NCBI GenBank assembly: GCA_964106915.2
Contig: OZ066915.1
Source: Podarcis gaigeae
Taxonomy: Eukaryota
DNA: 64,000 bases
Reading direction: 5' to 3' (one strand)
Position 1 is the stretch's first letter. Each line of letters opens with the position of its first letter. This document shows, piece by piece, positions 24,557 to 39,235 of the stretch. The position numbers were made by a program, and so were the translations under genes. The notes under the pieces were generated by a model. The model ran no database searches. It saw nothing but the letters and a program-made list of their open reading frames with translations, and was not told the DNA's origin.

Positions 24557-27500
24557 CAGTACACTAGGGTATGCTACCCATGTTAAGCCTGCTCAGTCAC
24601 CAACCTGCCATTTGAGCTTGTGGGAATCATTGTCCGGATTAGAACACATGGCACATGATTTGCAGGTGTTAGTGTGCTTGGCACTTGAAAAACCATCTTT
24701 CTGGAAATGAATTGAAACTGGTAGAATTGGGCTTGTATTATGCGGGTCTTCACAGAGTTTTATTATGGTTTAAGCACCAGTTTACTAGTTCAGACTTTTG
24801 TGCAAGACAGACAGTATTCACCTTCAGCTGCCAGTTAACAAGAGCCTAGAAGTGCAGGACTATACTTATTACCTCTTACACATGTACAGGCTAGCAACAG
24901 AACACATGCCCAGGTAGAGCTACTTCTGGGTAAAAGTTAGACTCAAGTCTTGGGCTCCATCAACCAACTTGCCTATGGGTTGCAGTTCATTCTGCAGTTG
25001 GGATTGCTCTCTCATGCCCTTCCGGCTGCCTATAAAAGAATAAGGGAGGTGGGGAAGTTCTTGTAGTTGTTCTAATGGCTCTTTTGATCTCTTTGCATAA
25101 CTTAAAACAGACACCCATGCCTTTTCAGTGCTTCTGCCTCCATAACGGTGTAACTTCCTACAAAAGAACACAACCTAAGGGGAAGTAGTTCACTACTCTT
25201 AACCAGAGACGAATTAACAGCAACTAACCTTTTTCTCTGCCCCCTTCTCTCTGCTGCTCCATGCCTCCTTCTCTGTCAATGCAGTTCTAACCTATCAGAA
25301 GCTTTTCCCTTCTGCTCCTCCATAACTTCATATTCTAACCCTAAACCTTTTATGCATCTCAGCAGCTGATCATCAAGCTACATCTTCTTTCTCCTTTTCT
25401 TCCCTAAGTCTACCACTCATACCCAGAGCTTCCCCTCTCACATTTTCTATGTTATGTGTGTGGTCTCTCTTTCACCCTTCTGAACCATTGGGTTTCTATT
25501 GCTGGTTCATGGCACAGGTATTGAAAAGCTCACTCTCACTTGAAAGGGTCCTTGGATTCTGCAAGTTTAGTGTGGGGAGAAGGGGGAAGATACAAAACTC
25601 TGCCAGTTTTATCAGTGGGGATAGACTCTGTAGTAAAGGTTTCAGTGCAGTCTGATGCCACAGAAACTGTGTAGTGAACATGCCACTATAGGATGAGAAA
25701 TGTAGGAAGATTTGGGGAGAGGGTACTCAAATCCACCCAAGCAAGAGCAGTAAGTAAAATGAATGTTTGAAAAGGCCATGGTGAGTAGGAGGCAGTAACT
25801 GAAATAGGTTTTTCAGATGGAAGATTATACTACTGTATCCTGATGGCAGCCAGCAACTAATACTTCCTTCAGACTATAATATCAGACCAATCGTTGCACT
25901 GAAACATACGTGAAATGATCAGAGTGCTGGGAGAGATGAGGTCAGTTTGCTCACATTGCTCTGCCAATGGAAGAACCTTGTGGGAGGGGTGAATTGCACA
26001 GCTATGCAAGTGCTACCACACCTTTCCGATCTCTGGTGCTTGTGTGGTTCTTCACATGTAATTCTACCCCTTCCACATGGTTCCTGCGTTTTTTGGTAAC
26101 CAAAGTGGAAGCCATAAGAGAAGTGTGATCATTCTCCAACTGCATCTTGCTACGGAAGTAAACATGACAGCTCTTTCAACATCTTGGTAGATCCTTTTTG
26201 TGATATGTTTTAATTTGGGTTTAGGAGCAGGGGAAGGGTGTTATTCTTCTGTTGGAATGGTCATAATCTTACTCAGTGAGAAAACATGAATTTCTCAGCC
26301 AGTTTGACTGTATCTTATGAGCTGAACATGCTTAATAGAGACAATATGTATAAATGAAAAAATTACTTTTAAAGCAGTAAGTCTGATGGAGAATATTGCA
26401 TGCGGACTAAACTTGAAGAAGTAACAATAATCACTCTGATGTTTTGATACTACTGTGACTACTACAGTAGTCTTGAGGAGGATGTGATTTTTTTTAGAAG
26501 CAGAGAGAGATGGAATGGGCAAGAGGAGAAAGAGAATTCCATTCATTGGAGGAAGCAAATTATGGGCGTGTGAATAGGCTCCATGAGAAGACCCTGATTT
26601 ATAAACCAGTGCCTCTGTGTAATCTCCAAAAGGGTGCAAGTCTGCCAGCAACTCCATAAGGAATTGTATATTGACTTTCGTTGAACCATGACTGTTTCTG
26701 AGATTTGGGCTAAAAGTGAATCTGAATTGCTGCAGGCATTGCTTTGTCGCATTCATACTGGTTCTTAACAACTACCCCAGTTCTTAATGATTGGTTCAAA
26801 AACTGATGCTAATATTTTGACCCCACACATGGAGGTTGCAAAAATGCTTTCTAGTTTGATTTTGTCTTATGTTGATATCAGCACATCTACGATGTAGGTC
26901 AGACAATTAAATCTTCATATGAAAGCTGTTGGAAAATGTATTTGCCAGTCACCTGTCAATTAGCTGGCTTGAACAAGTGAAGAATCTCCATGGTAGTTGC
27001 TCTGCAGGAAAATAAATTATCCAGTCACTGCTTTGCACCACCGGACTACTTTGCCAGCCTATATTTGAATAGAAAACCAGGTCTTCAATCTTCCTACAAT
27101 TTGATTAAAAGGAAGAAGAGGCCAAATGCCCTGGCAGGCTGCCTGTTTATCTTGGCACTGAGCGCAGGGTCAAGTGCCACCATTGGGCAGTTGTTCCCAT
27201 GCCCAGGGGAACACCCACAAGGCCCTGCTGCCATTGGTCAATTTGGCATCAGAGAACAATCCGGCCTGTCATATGCCGGTTCACGAGAGCGTATTGGGGC
27301 CTGCCTGCAAAGCCGCCCATTCCAGAAGGGCAAACGGACTTTCTCTTCAGTGCAAATCTCCAAAAAATTTTGCTGTACTAACCTGGCATTGATAATTGCT
27401 TTGGATTTGAAGAAATTAGAACATATATACTTCTTTTTATAAAAAACAAAAAACCCTGCCCAAACTTTTAAAGAAAGTTTGCACCTACAGGACCACTATA

Positions 27501-30500
27501 AGAAGTACTGCAACCTGATATTGTTACTGTTGAAATTCCAAATTCTGTTCCTCTATCATTGGTGGGAAACCAAGTGTTCTCTTTCCACTCATCTTTTTGT
27601 CACAGCTCTTGAGTTCTTGGATAATTAAAGGCACTCTCGGTATTGCCGCTCATCTCCTTTCGCTCAGTTCCTGCAGCCAAAGAGGCAGAAGAGTTCATAG
27701 GCTGATAACACTGCATAACAATTTTTGACAAAAGTCATGCCTCTGAGATAAAAGTAGCCATTTCTTATAGATTTTGAGGTGCTGAATACGAATATGACAA
27801 TGCAACGCATTGTCGGCTACAGTTTCTCAGAGATCTGCAATCATTTATTATAATTTGAGTATGACTATATGCTACCAAAACAGTAGCTGTTTGAGAAACG
27901 TGAATTATTTGGCTTGAATGCTATCTAACTGAAGAAGCAATACATTGGATAGTGGATATGGAAGATATGGAAAGAGGGCAGGTGAAAGGTAAAAAAATGT
28001 GCTTTAAAAAACCCAACCACCAGTTAACAACTAGAAGATTTGAAAGGCTACAAAGAAAATGTCCTGCCCTGTCAGGCACATACACGTTAATAGTCAGCCC
28101 AGTGTTGAATATATATGAACAATCTGAATTTCATCTGCTTACCTGAAGCCCAGTATTGTTTGCTCACTTACTTTGATTGGAAGTGGCTTTTCGAGGTCTT
28201 AGGCAGAAGTCCCCGTCCCCCATCATCTGCTTCCTGATCCTTTTAACTGCATATGCATGTGAATGAATTTGGGACATTCTATGTACAAAGCATATACTCC
28301 ACCACTGACCTATATCCTGTCTCCTGGAACAGTCGAAAGCTAAAGCCTGTGAGTACCAACAAACTATACTGTATTGCCATACTTGCTAAGATGCTGATAC
28401 AGATGGGAGGCCCTCCACACAAATCGAATATGCTGTGATAGTCATAGTAACTGCTGTTTGCTGCACATAAATGTCAAAAAGGAGCATTGCAGAGAGTTTA
28501 ACTACATTACCCTTTGGGTCCCTTCCAACTCTACAATTCTATAAGAATATGCAAAGTTGCAGTAAATCAAGTCTATCTAGCCTATCTAATGCCTTTCCCA
28601 GCTTTTGTTTCCTGAGACCCTTCAATCAGAGATGCCAGAGATTGAATCCAAGACCTGCAAACAATTTGTTATACTACTAAGCTAAGCCCTTTTTCCCACC
28701 TAGAGGGAAAGTCATCCTTGGTATCTAACTACTTTCATGCCTCAGTTAATTGTGACAACCCCAGGATAAGAAAAACAACAACAACTCAACTAAGTACATG
28801 CTGGTCAGAGAAGAATAAAATTCCTTAGGACAAATTTGAAGAGACTTGGTGGTATTGCAGTTAGGGTGCAGGCTGCGTTCGCAGAATACCTCTTGCATTT
28901 TTGCTATTCTTCAGACAGGAGGCACAAGTGACCATGTTTTGAAAAAGCCACCACTATGCTAACTTCTCAATGAAATACTGAAATCCAGTCCTAAGTTGTG
29001 GAGAGTCACAGGAAGATATGGAACCATTGTGAGTCCGCACTGCAGTCCATGCCTCCTATCATGGGATGATTTGCAATGATCATGTTATGGCTGGAGAAGA
29101 GCAGCACACTGATGAATCGTTTCTGAATGGGGGCAAAAATCTAATTAGCCTTGATGCAGATGGAGTTGTTAAAAGTGGTTAATGGCAGTATTAGGCTCAT
29201 CATGTAAGGCTAAGCAATTAGGTAGGGTGGGGTAAAAAAACTAGTACCTCCAGATGTTTTAGGACTATGGTTCCCATCATCCCTGACAATTAGCAATGCT
29301 GCCTTGGGGAGTTGTAGCCCAAAAACATCTGGAGGGTATAGGAAAGCTTTGTTTGTACCATGTTGACTTTTTACATAAGGAAATGCACATAGCTACCTGT
29401 GCCTTAGACCCTGGTAAGGCATCTTCTTTCAAAGGAGACTGTATGCAGGAGCTTGTATTGGGTGTCAGGAATCCCAGGTTAGCATAGACTTGGTGAAAGG
29501 AGGATGAAGAGATGGGAGAAGGAATGTGGTGTGTGGAGCTCAAGGTAAATGAACTTTAGGCTAGAGGCCTTGGTGTCAAGACTCATAGGTCTCATTCCTA
29601 GCTGTGCTATTTCCATATCTGTGCTTTATGTCCCAGCTTTACAAAACCCTTTGAGTAAAAATATTGTTTTCAGTGCAATACACTATAATAATCTCTCTCC
29701 TCTGTAATGGCCCACTCCTCTGTAAATCTTCCATGTCCTTCCCATTTGCTACCATTGTCCATACATCCCTTGGTTCATTCAACCATGACATCAGCTGTCC
29801 AGAAAACCAGAGAGAGATAAATTTGTTCTGCAGTTCCCTTACATATTTGTGGGGAAGAGAATTGGGATTTCTGAGTGCCCTATTTGCCCTGGTAAAGAAT
29901 TGCTGCCTGTATCCATCTACCCCCACCATTATCCCTTATTCACTGTTGCTGTCCCTAATCATACAGAGATCCCAGGGTTTATTCTGCATGAGACAGCAAT
30001 CCAAGGGACCCAATTCTCCTACAGAATTGGCATTTTCATAATCATTAGCCTGCATACACTATGGCTAACATGATTTGGCTCTTTCATCTCCCTTACTATT
30101 GCAATCCATGCATGCTCCAGTGCATGGAAAAGCTAGGGCGCTGCCCCCAAATAAGCGCACTGTGAATTCTGTGCCATTGAAACACACACACATGCACACA
30201 TACAGAAATTCAAATTCAGTAAGCAGAAACTACAAACTATAAGTGATTTTTTAAATGAACAATACAAATCTGTATGAATATTTCTATAACATTTTGTTTT
30301 TGTTTTGGTTGGCATTGAGATATTTTGGGTCACTACAAGAAATGCTTCAGGGAATTGAATGCAACAAAACAATAGGGGGAAAGTGGGTATAGAATGACTC
30401 TTGGAAGAAGGGCATGTGGCATGGGAGTGGGGAGGAGGGGAGCCACAAGCAACTGCTACACCCAGGCCTAATATCACAGTTTGTGATATAAGAATAGCTG

Positions 30501-31149
30501 CAGTGTGGTAACATTTGAAGGAAGACAATTCTGTGGGTGGAAGCAGCAAGGTAGTTTACAAACCTATAACAGTTCTGCAGGTCCTGGGAGAGGTCACTGC
30601 TCCTATGGGAGGTAACTATGCTGCTGGCCCCAGCCACATGAATCCATTGTTACTAGAGGTCAGCCATGCTGTAGCAGTTCCTATGCCATTCATAAAAGCA
30701 AAGTAACACTCAGGGTTTATCCACAGTTATATTTCCTCTACTTCTTCCAGGCACAGTCTGCGCTTTAAAACACCGCATTCAAGTGCTCTCTCTTTTTTTG
30801 CCCCATCGCATTCCCTGCAAAAACCCACTCTTTAAAGCTCAATCAGAGCAAACAGCAATCTGCTGGGAAACCCAAATTGATGCTTGCTTCAATTGGGTTC
30901 TAAAGAGCAGGTTTTCACAGGGAAAGCTTCGGGGGGGGGGGGCGGAGATCCAACAATTCTTGGACATGGAGCTTTTGAGTGCAAACCTGTGTCTGGAAAG
31001 AGCAGGAGAAATGGTAGCTGTGGATAAGCCCCCAGTCTTGTAGACTGCCAGAATCCTGGGGTATCCACTGAGGGTTTATCCACACTTTCTCTTGTCCCGC
31101 TGCTTTCCTCCAGGGAAAACTGCTCTTTAGAGCTCAAGTTATCTCTCAC

Positions 31150-31677
31150 TTGGACTACTGCAGTGCACTCTATGTGGGGCTACCTTTGAAGGTGACCCAG
31201 AAACTAATCCAGAATGCGGCAGCTAGACTGGTGACTGGGAGAGGCCGCTGAGACTACATAACACTGGTCTTGAAAGACCTACATTGGCTCCCAGTACGTT
31301 TCCAAGCACAATTCAAAGTGTTGGTGCTGACCTTTAAAGGCCTAAATAGCCTCTGTCCAGTATACCTGAAGGAGCGTCTCCACCCCCATTGTTCTGCCCT
31401 GACACTGAGGTTCAGGGCCAAGGGCCTTCTGGCAGTTTCCTCACTGCGGGAAGCCAAGTTACAGGGAACCAGACAGGCTTTCTCGGTAGTGGCACCCACC
31501 CTGTGGAACGTCCTCCCACCAGATTTCAAAGAGAAAAACAACTACCAGACTTTTAGAAGACACCTGAAGGCAGCCCTGTTTAGGGAAGCTTTTAATGTTT
31601 AATAGACTATTGTATTTTAATATTTTGTTGGAAGCCGCCCAGATGGGCAGGGTATAAATACAGTAATAAATTATTAT
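31150..31677 (+). mobile_element. L2-type LINE 3' fragment
   Basis: ORF LHWLPVRFQAQFKVLVLTFKGLN...AFSVVAPTLWN; gggcagggtataaat tail. Confidence 0.8.
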
Positions 31678-31746
31678 TAGAATCATAGAATCATAGAGTT
31701 GGAAGAGACCACAAGGGCCATCGAGTCCAACCCCCTGCCAAGTAGG
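31678..31746 (-). mobile_element. Very short CR1 3'-end insertion with 10-bp TSD
   Basis: Nearly identical to 23187-23254; flanked by AAATTATTAT at 31668-31677 and 31747-31756. Confidence 0.8.
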
Positions 31747-32857
31747 AAATTATTATATTGTAATCCGAGCAAATAACAATTCAGGTTCCCCACAAATTGC
31801 CATTTGTTCCAATCTATCGCTAAAGAGCATGTTTTCCCTTGGAAAGGAACAGGGCAAGGGAAAACTTCTTGGACCCATGCTTTCTAGGCAGGGCACAAGT
31901 GGAAAAGTCAACAAGCCCTGAGTGAGGCAGTCACCAAGAGGTGTGGCTATTGAGTTCTGGTTGCAAAGCAAAAATATAATTTCTACAACTACTGTTAAAC
32001 TTTTGGTCAACTGCCAAAAAGTACAGAGAGTCCATCCCCGGTCCTCTGTGAATTCTGAATGCAATGCAAAAAGAAGGTCTAAGGGATGAGAAGGAAAATA
32101 AGGTTGCTTCATCTTGTTTTATGAGGTGCCTCACCTTTGGGATCCACAACAGATCCTGCATATGGCCCAAAAAAAAGGCTTGACTCTGCAAGATCTTCTG
32201 ACAGGTTGAATTAAGTTATGTGACTGAAATGGATTTGATGCCCAGGCCATGTACCTTGTTCATGGACAGCTCAGGAACACAAGGTAATGTGAGGGCACAG
32301 GCAGCATTCTTACCAAATTGCCAAAGAGGAGGAAATTCTGAGTACCCAAGTACGAAGCACTGAGGAAGATCTGTTCAGTCTAATGCAGGCTGCTCTCCCA
32401 AGATTTACAGGTTTTCTGGACATCAGATTCCTGAGGGATCTTCCTACTTAATGTGTCATCATCATTATCATTATCATTACCATCATCTATATGTGTGTCT
32501 CCCTCTTTCTTTCTCCTCTTCCTTCAGAGTTTTTGATCTCATCTGTCATTCTGTGCACCTCTGTTCAGTGACATCCACTTAATGAACCCCAAGGACCCTG
32601 ACCGTCTAACCCCCATTTCCATTGGTCCTATCTCAGCTAATGCACTAGCTGGTCAAGCCCCACCCTGAGCATCTTGTGTGATCTCCAGCCCACAGCCTTG
32701 GCTCAGGAATGGCACATGGCCCATAGTCTGTCAATTTCATTTCTTTCTTTTCTACCTTAAGGATGCACCCATTTTTTGCACCAAGAGCCCACAATCCGGA
32801 TCTCTCCCTTAGAGCAATCTATACCAGAGCTATGAATGAGTCTCAACGTGTTCTCTG

Positions 32858-32903
32858 TGCATGCTTTTGCACTGTGCTGCATGCTGCATGCTCTTTTTGC
32901 ATG
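32858..32903 (+). promoter_or_regulatory. Dense RBFOX-motif cluster (4x TGCATG in 46 nt)
   Basis: TGCATG at 32858, 32878, 32885, 32898. Confidence 0.7.
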
Positions 32904-33061
32904 CTCTAGTCTTGCGCATTTGATGAAATCTGTTCTGTTGAATGTTTGTGTGCATTCTCCTTGGACCCCATCCCTTTACCACTGCTGTCTACTGCTGTCT
33001 TGGATAGTTGGGATTTTATTTGGGTTTTTCCTTTGTTTTACACTTTTTTACTTTTATATAG

Positions 33062-33089
33062 ACAATGAGCTCTTTGGGGAGAACTCTCT
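33062..33089 (+). other. Candidate 28-nt poison (NMD) exon between exons 37 and 38
   Basis: Strong pyrimidine tract ...ttttacttttatatag|ACA...CTC T|gtaagt; joining to exon 38 creates T|AG stop. Confidence 0.45.
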
Positions 33090-33748
33090 GTAAGTTTGGA
33101 AGAGGACCTTAAAAGGGATACATTCTGGAGAGGAGAGATTACATCATGAGAGACTTAGTTGGATAGGACAAATGGGACTCATCTACAGCTAGGGGATGAG
33201 AGTAGCTCTAGTGACCCAAGCTAGGAGCCTAGAATATTCCTATTTTTGAAAACTGATACAGTGGGCTAGAAAAGAAGCTGGGAAACTGCCTCCAAGTCTA
33301 ATACAGACAACATAAGGGTCTCCTTGCAGAGGTCTTCAGACTACAGTCATCTCTGGCTAAAGTCACTGGCAAAAACCCAGTAGATAATCTTGCAGAGTGT
33401 TTAAGGTAATTCTCAGTGGGATGAATTTCTAAGCAACATGTTTAGGAGTGCAACCAGGTCCATACAGTTATTATGTGGGGTTATTTCCAGGCCCATCTTC
33501 TAGTAGCTGATGTGGAATCCTCATACCAGTATCTGAAAGCAGTTGGGTGAAAGCAAAATAAGGTGTGATAAGAGCCGAATATCCAGATAATAGCATATTG
33601 CAACTGGGCTCTGGTCCTCATGATATTGGGTGGGAAGTGAGGTTAAAACATGAGTAGGAGGATTCGATGCAAGTTATTGAACTCAGAGTTCTCCCCAGAG
33701 CTCATATACTCCTCTGTGCATGATAACCTGGGTGGTGGGGAGTTGTGA

Positions 33749-33889
<141 letters not shown>

Positions 33890-34981
33890 TGACACCCCCA
33901 TAAACACAGCAAGAGAGAGCAGTTTCTTTCCTGACAGATTAGAGAATTCTGGGAAATTAAATATTGGAAAGCAAAGCCTGGGAAAAGTTATCAATTAGCA
34001 ATAATTTTGCCTCAGATTAACCTCATCCGCTACACTACTACCACTGCACAATTATAATACCTGCTAGTTCTTTTATATAGACAATACGTTGCACATAAAT
34101 ATGTATGCAAATGCCTATAGGAGAAACAAGGCTCCCTGGACCAGATATTCCCCAGGGAGTAGTAGTAAGGGGTAGGCATTCTGCCTCTTAATTGGTCAAA
34201 CATAACAGTACCAGCCTATGCATGAAGAAAGCAGTTACCGGTATGTTAAAGACCCATCAGAAGAATGATACTGCCTTTAAAACCTAGGAACATTTCACTG
34301 TAGAGTTTTACACAGGATGAAATGTGCTTGTCATTATTAAAAGCTCCAAGGCCCCTTTTTTGACTCGCTTGGGTTGGAGATCTTTCTGGTTATTTTGCCA
34401 TAGTAGTTTGTCTCCTTGCCCCCTACAGCCCCAGGGTGCATTCCACATCTTTCAGGAAGACTTCTCCCAAAGTGTAGATAAGGGTTGCAGAACCTGTGGC
34501 CTTCCAGATGCTGCTGGACTCTAACTCAGCTTCAGCCAATATGGCCAATGGTCAGGGATGATGGGAGTTGTAGTCCAGCAACATATGGAGGGCCACAGGT
34601 TCCCCATCTCTGATCTACATGCAAGGAGTCATCTTACTGAGTGGTATGGAATGCACCCTGACCAAAATAATAATAATAAGGATGTAGAATATTCTAATAT
34701 AGAATTTTAGAATGTTAAGGAGAAAACTGTTCTAGAATCCTCTCTGACTTGCCAGCTTTCTGTGTCCCAGGAAATGTTGAGGGCAGCAATGGTCAAACAT
34801 ACCAACTAACACCTACAATGTGAAGTGTGACTGATTCAGCTCTGATATAGAGTGGCTATAACAGCAATGGGGCACATCCATACCGTACATTTAAAGCAAT
34901 GCACATTTAATCCAATGCACATTTAAAGTACACGACTTCCCCCAGAGAATCCTGGGAACTGTAGTTTGTTAAGGCTGCTAG

Positions 34982-35326
<345 letters not shown>

Positions 35327-35749
35327 TGACAATGTAGGAGTTGTCGTTATTGTCCACACTGTGACATTCATTCTGTCCACACTGAGTTCATGCATATACT
35401 CACTTCTTTATGGAAATAACTTTATGGAAATTACTGTTGCAATGTCATCTTGGCAATGGAGAGAACTGTGTTATTTCCACATGTATAGTCTCACAGGGAA
35501 CACAATGGTAAAGCAGCACTCAGCAGGACTGAACCATCCTCATCAGCTGTCACCCAGTGATGTCAACTGATAGACAGATGGGCAAGGTTTGGGGAAAACA
35601 GCCTCATGGATAAACTTAGATCCCATGGTGAGACAAGAGTTCCTCGTGGTCCAGACGTTCCCCACCCCACTGTAAAAGATTAAGTGCATAGTCAGAAGTT
35701 ACTCTGTAATGCCACCTTGTCACTGAAGGCTGATTATTGACAGTGGTTA

Positions 35750-36400
35750 TTGACAGCTATGGCTGTCATCACATATGTCCATGTCTGGACAGGGATAGCC
35801 TGGCCACACTAATTCACACCCTAGTAGCTTCCTGTCTTAACTACTGTAATGCACTTTACATAGGGCAACTCCTGAACACAGTTCAAAGATTGTCACTAGT
35901 TCAGAATGCCAGTTTTTTTAAAGCATCTGCATTGGCTATATGTTACCAAGCCCAGTTCAGACAGTTGACTTTGATGTATAAAGCTCTGAGTGGCTTGGGC
36001 CCTAATTAACTAAAAGAGCACCTCTCCCAATATTGTCCCTCCCATATGCTGAGATGTATCAGGGAGGCTGTGTTGGTAGTAGCACCATTAATGGATACCT
36101 GATTGACTGAAACTTGGAGATAGGTGCTCTTGATCGTAGCAACACAACTCTGGAGGACTTTTCTCGAGATCAGACAGGTATCAACGCAGAGTAGGTTCTG
36201 ATGTCAGGTAAATACATTTCTCTTTAATTAGCCTTCAGACAGCAGGTGTTTTCAGGTAAAGGAACTTGTATATTGTGATTTTTTATTAATTTTACTTTTT
36301 GAAAGACTTAAATTGTTATTAATTCTTATTGATTATTTGTTGTTTCATCTTTTTTGTAAACCACTTTGAGGTTTTTACAATCAAGTATAAAATGAAAAAT
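35750..36400 (+). mobile_element. Old L2-type LINE 3' fragment
   Basis: Decayed peptide LATLIHTLVASCLNYCNALYIG..L...QRL.LVQNA. Confidence 0.65.
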
Positions 36401-36930
36401 AATATTGATTAATCATTATACACACACACACTTACCTGCATTGTTGTTGTGTACTTTGATTTTATTGGAACCTGCCCTGAGGCCACTTGGTAAAGGGTAG
36501 AAGAAAAATTCCGCAAATAAATAAATAAATCCCTTTCCTATTATTTTATTACAGAGGAGAAAGAGCTGTTCTTGAAAAGGCTCCTCCTTTCAGAATATTA
36601 CCCTCCAACTTGTGGAGGGTGATTAGAATGATCGCAAGAAGGTAGAGCTAATGCACTTCTCCATATGCCCCTTGTGTTTACTTTGCCAAAAGAGGTCTAA
36701 TGAGGCCATGTTCAACTCTCCATGTGGTGTCTGAGACTAGCAATTTAAATTTGGGAACTTACCCATAGATGTCTACCTGAGCTGCAACTGCAAAACCCAT
36801 GAAGGAATTAACAATTTTACATGCAGACACACACAGACTTACAGTGATGGCACCCCACCAGCCAAGAAATCTCAGCCCAAACTGAAGGCAGAGTTCACCT
36901 TTAGAGAAACCTAAGGGAAAAATAAGCTGA

Positions 36931-37230
<300 letters not shown>

Positions 37231-37839
37231 TAATGTATTTTAAGGGGGGCCGAGGGATGTATGATACTGTATTTGTGCAGTTGTGTGTGTGCAGTCATGC
37301 AGATGTACATGTGCCAAATAATTTTGATGCAATGTGCATCAAAGGCAGGGTTGGAGGAGAATCTTGAGATGCCTTCTTGGGATTGTGAAGGAACTGGAGC
37401 TAAGTAAAATCAGGAAAAAAACTCCCTGGCAAGGAGGAAATACTCAACCTTCAGTGCCAGTTCTTAAGTACAAGTTATTATAATGCCAGTTCAAGGCAAG
37501 GAAGAGCCAATGGTTGCTAGACTCTCAGCTGCATCAGTGGAGTGGCCCTAGAACTCCTCTCTCCCCACCTACCCTGTTACAGCCTGATGAAATGACTGCT
37601 ACCAATTGACAGTTGATAGAGGGAAGAGGGTGGCTTCTCAGTAAAGCCAATAGGCAGTGTATCAGTCTGTGAGCAAGGTTTCACTCACAGTTCAAAGCAT
37701 GCAGGGATTGTCTTGTCACTGACAGCTTTTCAAATGGTCTGAACTTTTACTCGAGGAAAAGAAGCTATTTAATAGCTGCATGTATTTTCCAACAGATATC
37801 TAAATACCAACTTGTGCATCATTCTGTGCTTTCCTGTAG

Positions 37840-37949
37840 AATCGGACACCACTTATGTTCCAGCGCATGGATCTAGCATCCCCATCCCAGGAAGGTGGCC
37901 CAGGACAGAATGCTCTCCCTTCCTCACAACTGGATCAGGGGGATGGAAC
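37840..37949 (+). CDS. CACNA1A: CACNA1A exon 41: [36 protein letters not shown](T)
   Basis: cctgtag|AAT...AC|gtgagt; 110 nt. Confidence 0.94.
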
Positions 37950-38035
37950 GTGAGTCTTAATCAATATAGCTTTCAGACCTATATTTGAAAATACATCTCA
38001 GAAACAGAATGTGCAGAATCAGACGCCTTGTAGAC

Positions 38036-38644
38036 CATGGGTAGGCAAACTAAGGCCCAGGGGCTGGATCCAGCCCAATCGCCTTCTAAATCCAGCCTGC
38101 AGGTGGTCTGGGAATCAGCGTGTTTTTACATGAGTAGAATGTGTGCTTTTATTTAAAATGCATCTCTGGGTTATTTGTGGGGCCTGCCTGGTGTTTTTAC
38201 ATGAGTAGAATGTGTCCTTTTATTTAAAATGCATCTCTGGGTTATTTGTGGGGCCTGCCTGGTGTTTTTACATGAGTAGAATGTGTCCTTTTATTTAAAA
38301 TGCATCTCTGGGTTATTTGTGGGGCCTGCCTGGTGTTTTTACATGAGTAGAATGTGTGCTTTTATTTAAAATGCATCTCTGGGTTATTTGTGGGGCCTGC
38401 CTGGTGTTTTTACATGAGTAGAATGTGTGCTTTTATTTAAAATGCATCTCTGGGTTATTTGTGGGGCCTGCCTGGTGTTTTTACATGAGTAGAATGTGTG
38501 CTTTTATTTAAAATGCATCTCTGGGTTATTTGTGGGGAATAGGAATTTGTTCATCCCCCCCCCAAAAAAAAAAATGGTCCGGCCCTCCACAAGGTCTGAG
38601 GGACAGTGGACTGGCCCCCTGCTGAACAAGTTTGCTGACCCCTG
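38036..38644. mobile_element. Non-autonomous hAT transposon carrying an internal minisatellite
   Basis: TIRs CATGGGTAGGCAAACT / AGTTTGCTGACCCCTG; 8-bp TSD TTGTAGAC / TTGTAGAT. Confidence 0.85.
38120..38537. repeat. 71-bp tandem repeat, about 5.9 copies
   Basis: Unit starts at 38120, 38191, 38262, 38333, 38404, 38475; units differ by a single G/C site. Confidence 0.95.
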
Positions 38645-39096
38645 TTGTAGATCCTTCATCACAGATTACTAAAAACCCACACAATGATTACCACATCAAT
38701 AGATATAACTGGAGTCTTCAGCCCAGAAACACTACAGTGTATTTTTATAGATATTTTCTGCTTTAGATGTTTGCATACAAGCCTTTACTAAATATTCTCA
38801 AGGGAATTTATGTCTCTGGTTCTCAGTATGTCAACTTGAGTGGGTTTTTTTCCTGATTTGGTTCTGTACATGATTGATCCCTGCTGTATGCTTTCCAGGT
38901 ACTGTATAAGAGTTCCTGAAACTACCAGATTCTGGCTGTGTTTACTTAGCTGGGAAACTCTAGGGTTTTGAATAGCAGGGAACCTGACAAGGCAGCTATT
39001 GTAGCTATTTCCACAAAGCTAATGATTCTGTGTCATCAGACTCTGTTTGTGACTGTGCAGCAACTTGTTATAGTCTGACTATTCTTTCTGCTCCAG

Positions 39097-39235
39097 GACC
39101 ACGCAGGAAGGAGGAATGAAAGAAAGTGAATCCTGGGTCACACAACGAGCGCAAGAAATGTTCCAGAAGACAGGAACCTGGAGCCCAGAGCCAGGGCGCC
39201 CGGAAGAGATACCCAATAGCCGGACCAATTCCCAG
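39097..39235 (+). CDS. CACNA1A: CACNA1A exon 42: [46 protein letters not shown]
   Basis: gctccag|G ACC...CAG|gtggtt; 139 nt. Confidence 0.94.

Noticed and set aside
27050-27400. CpG-retaining non-repetitive block and 150-aa ORF (26990-27442)
   Set aside because: No recognisable protein or splice structure; may be an enhancer, but this needs conservation data.
38120-38537. Regular array that could be mistaken for CRISPR
   Set aside because: Head-to-tail identical 71-bp units with no unique spacers, inside a hAT element, in a vertebrate intron.
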